Below are positions 57,921-64,000 of a DNA stretch of 64,000 bases, one piece after another. The notes under the pieces are model-generated. The model saw only the letters and a program-made list of their open reading frames with translations, had not been told where the DNA came from and did not search any database. The position numbers and the translations under genes are program-made. The stretch covers positions 558,001 through 622,000 of the forward strand of contig OZ025796.1 of the NCBI GenBank assembly GCA_964019425.1. Reading direction: 5' to 3'. This DNA is from Flectonema sp. DT1601 (lineage: Eukaryota). Each line of letters begins with the position of its first letter. Position 1 is the stretch's first letter.

Positions 57921-60900
57921 CATGCGGAAAACAACCCAGCAGAACATCAGTTCTCACTCCCTCCAAAAGTCCCGAACCTAGAACCTAATATTGAAAGAAC
58001 TTATGCTGACTTTAAGATAATTTCAGTAAATACAAGATCAATGAACACATCAATTGAACTCTTACGTCTTCTCGTATTTAACTATGAACCAGATGTGCTA
58101 TTGATCCAAGAGACATTTTTAACGAAGGGAAAGAAAACACCCGAAATTAATGAATATACGCCATATAGGAAAGATAGAACTCTACCAAGGCAAGTTGGAA
58201 AACCTGTTAGAGGTGGTGGTCTATTGACATATGTTCATAACAAACATAAATTCAGTGAGATTGTGATCACACAAAGTGAATGCGACTCACTAGAAATATC
58301 AGCTGTGGAAATACAATGTGAAGAACCTTTGATTATCTATAATATTTACCGTCCACCATTACAAATTATAAATGATACAAGGAGCCCAAATTACAATCTG
58401 GATTGCATTGATCTGAAAGGAAATATGAAAAACAACATTGTCATAATGGGTGACTTTAATGCACATAATCACATGTGGGAAGATAAACCAATTGACGATA
58501 TCAATGGTGATATCATAACAGAATGGATAAGTGAAAACAATCTTGTGTGTTGGAATGAGCCATCAATCCCAACAAGGTTAGAGTCAATGACATCTCCAGA
58601 CCTGACTCTGACAAACACTAATATAAAAATAGAATCTTGGTCTACCCTTGGAACAGTAAACTCTGACCACTCACCAATGATGATTGTTATTCACAACTCA
58701 TGTAAAAATGTTGACTATCAAAAAGTTAGAAAAAGTGGCTTCAACTGGGCTAAAGCTGATTGGACTAACTTCAGTGATGACCTCGAAGTGGCCTCAGAAA
58801 GAATACAAAATATTAAAATAAACGAAAGTAAAGCAAAAATATTTAAAAATGAAATATTAAAAGCAAAAAGCAAACACGTTCCGAGAATCTATGTGCGAAA
58901 ACAAAGAGCAAGGAAATGGTGGAATTCTGAACTGATGGAGCAACTCCGTCATTTTGAGGAGAAACAAAAGGAAATAACTGATGACAGTGATTTAAATGAC
59001 GAGAATATGTTGCTCTTAAAGAAACTTAATGAACAAATATGTGATAAAGTAAAAGAGTGTAGAGAAAGAAACATAGAAAAAAAAATCAAAGAATGTGTCA
59101 CGGAAGATGGATCTCCGGACGAAGGTGGCATCCTAAAGTATATGGATGATGTAAGGAAACTTGACGGACGGTGTGAAAGAGTAGAGATACCTTTCATACA
59201 TGATACAAATATGAACAAAATTCTCGACGACAAAGAAAAGGCAGATTTCTTCACTGATTTCTTCTCAAACATTGTTGGCAAAGATGTACAAACAAAATAT
59301 AGACAAAACTTCAACATTAACATAAGAGATGACATAGTTCCGTTCACTCCTTCTGAGGTGATGACACAATTGGGAAGACTACATAGTACCAAATCTTCAC
59401 CTGATGGGATGAATGCCATACTGCTGCAGAACTTAAAACCAAAAATGCAAAAAATACTAGTAGATATATTAAATAACTCCTGGTTGAACATGGTCGTACC
59501 TAATGACTGGAAACAGACTTATTGGGTACCGATTGCAAAAGCAGGAAAAGATCCCCACAACCCAGCTTCATACAGAATGATAGCTCTTACCCCAGCGATC
59601 GCTAAACTTATCGAGAAACTAATAAAGAACAGACTTGTGTATCATTTGGAGAAACACAACAATGGTGTTAAGAACCTGAGTCATAATCAAGCTGCTTATC
59701 GTAAGACGAGATCGTGTAGGGAACAGATTCTGTACCTAATCGATATACTCAATGAGAATAGAATAAGAGGGAAAATTTCTGCGGTTGTATTCATGGATAT
59801 AAAGAAAGCCTTTGATTCTGTCAACCACCTAAAATTACTCGAAAGAATGAAAAATATGTCAATACCTGAAAACTATATAAGATGGGTTGAAAGCTTTCTA
59901 CACAAAAGGACTGCTGCAACCATAATAAATAGCAAAGTTAGCAAGTACATAAAGCTCACTAATGGAGTCCCACAGGGAACAGTGCTTGCTAGTATATAGT
60001 TTATCGTATACATTGATGAAATAACTGAAATAATAGAGAAAAAAGCGAACCTGTCACTCTATGCTGATGATATTGCGTTTGTGGTATCAGATGATAAATC
60101 TGCTGGCAACCTTGCGAATAAAATACAAACCGCCTTCTCAGAAACGGAAGCACATCTGAATAACATTGACCTTGAGTTGGCAAGGGAAAAAACAAAACTT
60201 ATGATAATTGATTCAAGTACATCGCGTATTATAAAATGTAAGTATAAAATAAAATTAAAAGATAAATCGTACCTCGCAGAAACCGTCTCAGAAAGGTTTC
60301 TGGGTGTCCAAATAGACAATGACCTATCGTGTTCTGATCATGTATCACGAATATGTAAAAGTGTGAATAAGAAGCTTCGCTTCCTAAAAATGCTGGCTGA
60401 TAAGAGATGGGGATGTACAAAGAATATCATCAGATTAGTTTATTTGATATACATCATACCTGTCTTTACTTACGCTATGGAGAGTTTGTACAGTACCATT
60501 GTACGAAACAGAAAGCTAATGAGAAAGTTGAATACTCTGCATATGAAGGCAGCTCAAATAATAACAAGTGCTGACTATGGAACAAAATTTGAAAAAGTCT
60601 TGGAAGAATCCTGCATCGCCGAATTAAGCAGCTACTATCTTGTTGAAACAGCAAGATGGGCTGCAAAGATCGAACGACTGCGAACTTCTCCTTGTACCAA
60701 AAGATTGATGGAAAAACGAAGAATTAACTTTAAACATATGCAAAACTTGTGCTTTGCGGTAAAAACTTATAGTGACATTGGTCTCACAGACCTACCAGTA
60801 GAACATTATCCTCCCACATACTTTCCTCCTTGGAAGGATTTTGCAGATATAGAAATTAACGAAAGTATTGGTGTAAAAAAGTGCGAGAATTTCAGTCAGA

Positions 60901-61786
60901 ATCAGAAAATTTGTAAAGAATACATTAGAAAGTTGAAAGAGAAATATGAAAACAACATACTTACGAAAATATACACCGACGGTTCTGTAAGTGAAGGGAC
61001 CGGAGGATCATCTTTTGTGATTAAGTATAAGAACAAAGTTATAGAGGGAACGTACCCGGCAGGGAAACTATGCTCTTCCTTTAGGTCGGAGCTGTTTGCA
61101 ATTTATTACGCTCTCAATGCAACACTGAAATATTTTAAGGAAAAATCGAGAGAGGAACTAGAGAACAAGGCGGTTCTAATCCTATCGGACTCACAGAGTG
61201 CTTTATCTGAGCTAAAGAGAGGTCACTTCTACCAAAAAACTGAATTGGGTCTTAAGTGCTGGATTCTTTTAGACTTGCTATGTGGATTAGGGCTCAAAGT
61301 TAATCTGTCCCATATATTCTCACATTGCGGTATAGAAGGAAATGAGAGGGCTGATGCTCTGGCTGCGGAAGCGGTTAAAATGGAGCAAAAGTGGACTACA
61401 AAACTGTCACAGCAAAAATGAAATATTTACATACAAAGGTTATGATTGGAAAGAAAGAATCATTTCCGGAGAAATTCAACAGGGAAATGGAAATACTAAT
61501 ATCACAAATAAGAATGGGTAAGGCATGCTTTACTACAAAACAAATTGATAACCGATATAGAAATGGATTGTGTCTCTGCTGTGAGGTGGAGGACACAGTG
61601 CAACACTTTGTTTGTGAATGTCCAGCATTCTACAAAGAAAGAAAAATGAATTTAGACTCGCTTATATTAACAGAAGACGAGTTAATAGAACAGTCTAATG
61701 ACTTTGATGGCATGGTAATGCTATTAAAATATCTATGTGACGTAGGGGATGGACAAGTCCAGAGGACAAAACTAAAAAGAACTTAA
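57921..61786 (+). pseudogene. Family C ORF2 (APE-RT-RNase H-Zn knuckle) with a nonsense codon at 59997-59999 and a frameshift near 61390
   Basis: IISVNTRS, IQET, GDFNAH, SDH, GVPQGT, then TAG, then the same frame continues FIVYIDE..YADD; YTDGS, LSDS, HCGIEGNERADALA, CLCC..H..C. Confidence 0.9.
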
Positions 61787-62255
61787 ACTCGTATGGAACA
61801 CTGTAATTTGTACACAATCAATGTGAAAATTTTCTTATGCAAGGATGCTAATTCATGCTGCACGACAAGGTTCGCTGATTGAGTCAGAAGATGGGTTTAC
61901 CATTCGAAGAAATGCTAAAGGTGAAGCTGACAGTTGTTGATGAGGAGAACAAATATTAGGCGTACTCTCTGAGGATTTAGAAACATGTCAACAACTAAAA
62001 GAATAAGGTTTATCGAGTAACCTGTCAAACCATGCTGTTGTAACTATTATGCTGATTAATTAATTATATTTTTACGTAACTCTTGCTGCACATTAGACTA
62101 ATCTAGCTCAGTCTTATGTTTCTCTATTGTATTCCTTTCTATTTATGAACGAACCTTTTGGGGTCAACTTACCCCGCTCATTAACAGGATATCGAGTGAA
62201 CAGAGAATTAACCCTCTCTGAATCACAACGTATCCAGTATCAAAAAAAAAATATA

Positions 62256-63031
62256 TCAGTCATTCCTTTTTTTTGCGAACAAAAAACACCATTTTCTCAC
62301 CGCCTGAGCAAGGTTACACGATATGTTACTTTTGCTCGATTTTTTATTTTTTGGAATCAGGGAGGGTGCGATCTGTAAAATTAGGCATAGGGATATACTT
62401 TTAAACATGGTAAGTGCTGCTAAAAAGAGATAAACGTCTCTTTGCAAGATTTCCTTGGTACTACTCAATGATAAATATTAATCCCAGACCTGGAATGGAA
62501 AGATCGAGAAAATCTGAGTAAAAAACACCCCTAAATTTTTTTTTTTACTATTTTTTTTTCCTTCTCCCGCACTAAGGAGATATGCACCTTTTTGCTAACT
62601 AATCAACCCTAGTAGCAATTATGTAAGGAAAATGTTGCATCTATATAAAGAAAGTGTTTTCATTAAGTATCAAAGTAGGTCCAAAAAGACAGGTAGTAAC
62701 AATCTGCCTCACCGGCACATGCTGAGTACTCTTTAATATATTTTTGCTCGATTGTTTTTTCTCTGGATCCCGCTGGGCCAGCAGTGTAAAATTAGACTTC
62801 GATTAATTTTTTAGTTTTGGTACTTGTCCACGGCTGAGCTGATTTAGTAAACCACAAAATCTCTTTTCTCAATTCGGGAGACAAGTATGTGATGCCAATC
62901 CCGATTTCGGACGGAAATGAACCCAACGATGCAGCGCATTAAAATGCCGCTTCGATCGAAATTTTTACATTTTTTTTTTGAAAAATCTTTTCAGTGTCCA
63001 GAATTTGTTCGCAAAAAAAAGGAATGACTGA
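62256..63031. mobile_element. 776-bp non-autonomous DNA transposon (MITE), Tc1/mariner/pogo-like
   Basis: Perfect 28-bp TIRs TCAGTCATTCCTTTTTTTTGCGAACAAA (62256-62283 and 63004-63031), flanked by TA on both sides. No transposase ORF. Confidence 0.88.
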
Positions 63032-63047
63032 TATAACAAAAAAAAGC

Positions 63048-63133
63048 TTTTTATTTATTTAGTCACATCCTCCTGTCTTTCCACTTTATTTTTCTTCATT
63101 CTGAGCATTCTTGCCCTTCTTATTTTTTGATAT
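63048..63133 (-). mobile_element. ~85-bp 3'-end fragment of family A
   Basis: Matches 45450-45535. TSD AAAAGC at 63042-63047 and 63134-63139. Confidence 0.9.
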
Positions 63134-63139
63134 AAAAGC

Positions 63140-64000
63140 TTTTTTTATTTAATCACAACCCGAAGGGCTGGAGGCCTGCGAAGTTGCGGACTGGAGGCGG
63201 CCCTACAGGCAATGATTGTGTCCGAGTGTGAGGTCCGGAAGCCGCTAAATAGTTCTCCCGACGCTGGACAGTTTTCTTTAGCATTTAAGCATTTTTCGAC
63301 TTGAATTTCCTCGAGCAACTACTAAGACAATTCAACCTCTCATGGCAACGATCAGCAGTACCCAGGTGCTGGAAAAGTGGAATGGTAATCCCCATGGTAA
63401 AGACAAGAAACAAGTCTTATCGTACAACCTCGACCGTCTCCAAACGTTGGGCGGTTGTGATTCTACAATTGCAACAATTGTCCTTTATGGAAAGAAGCAA
63501 CAACCGTGTGCTCCCAGTTGTGTGAGGACTTCAAGAAGTCGCTGATCTGCGCTATTGAATACTTGCGAATCGCCATCGAATTTATATAAATCTTTATAAA
63601 TCTGTCGCCCGAGGGCAGTGCGGGTTTGATTGCCGCGTTGAGCTTGATGCTCACTCTGATATTACAATCAGGGTGAACTCGGAGTCCAAGACAGCTTTTG
63701 AATCTGCACATGTAGAACTTTCCTTTAAATTCATCAACTACGGAAGTCTTGGACTTCGCTGCCAGGAAGCCAAGGTCGTTTTTGAATTGTAAAGTTGGCC
63801 AACATCACTTCCGTTTGACCGACTCGGGTTTCTGATAAAGACATTCTTGGGTTTGTCAGTTTTAGGTTCGCTGTTGTTGTCCAGAACCTCGTGTACTTGG
63901 TTTCTGGGGACTCTGATTGCCATTGAGGTGTGGGACTCGTTCTTCCTGTAGCTAAAGGGGTCCGCCTTATCTTCAATTTTTTAAGAATATCGGTCGTTTT
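63140..64000 (-). mobile_element. Decayed, rearranged non-LTR remnant (family D), running off the window
   Basis: T run plus a UUCG hairpin at the tail. Frameshifted RNase H-like traces on the - strand (DC-YQSEHQA..NAA..IKIYINS). RT-like fragment on the + strand at 63301-63450. Confidence 0.6.

Larger units (their letters stand above)
56730..62251 (+). mobile_element. Apparently full-length but disabled two-ORF non-LTR family C (AT-rich)
   Basis: ORF1 56832-57920, ORF2 57921-61786, 3' UTR and A tail at 62242-62251. Boundaries approximate. Confidence 0.88.

Noticed and set aside
59997..59999. Second programmed readthrough at the TAG in family C RT
   Set aside because: It lies at a hydrophobic RT position (probably TTG to TAG), and the copy also has a frameshift, so decay is the simpler explanation.

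Overview
This is eukaryotic protist DNA, not prokaryotic. Nine protein genes all lie on the + strand, and at least five have GT-AG introns. The arrangement, poly-T spacers and ingi-like retroelements suggest a euglenozoan such as a diplonemid (inference only). Host genes: a partial FNR/2Fe-2S oxidoreductase, an Arc1/AIMP1-like tRNA-binding protein, a PDZ-like protein, a GT23 fucosyltransferase-like protein, a zinc-finger UPF1-like helicase, mitochondrial-type ClpB/Hsp78, a kelch protein, a giant ~5,776-aa secreted six-cysteine repeat protein and a MAP2K-like kinase. Four tRNA genes lie on the - strand (Val-TAC x2, Arg-TCT, Gly-TCC). The main discovery is that every tRNA gene has non-LTR retroelement sequence, or an A-tailed repeat, inserted immediately upstream, mostly 7-16 bp from the mature 5' end. 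At least four APE-RT-RNase H related families are stacked there with target-site duplications. In both families whose junction is visible, ORF1 and ORF2 are in the same frame, separated by one UGA-C stop, with no AUG before the endonuclease. Family A has a canonical 2A StopGo peptide right after that stop. Other observations: fold-back 5' junctions, a PDZ-like insertion in the RT, shared 3' UTR structures, a TA-flanked MITE, and host introns with U-rich 5' and A-rich 3' ends.
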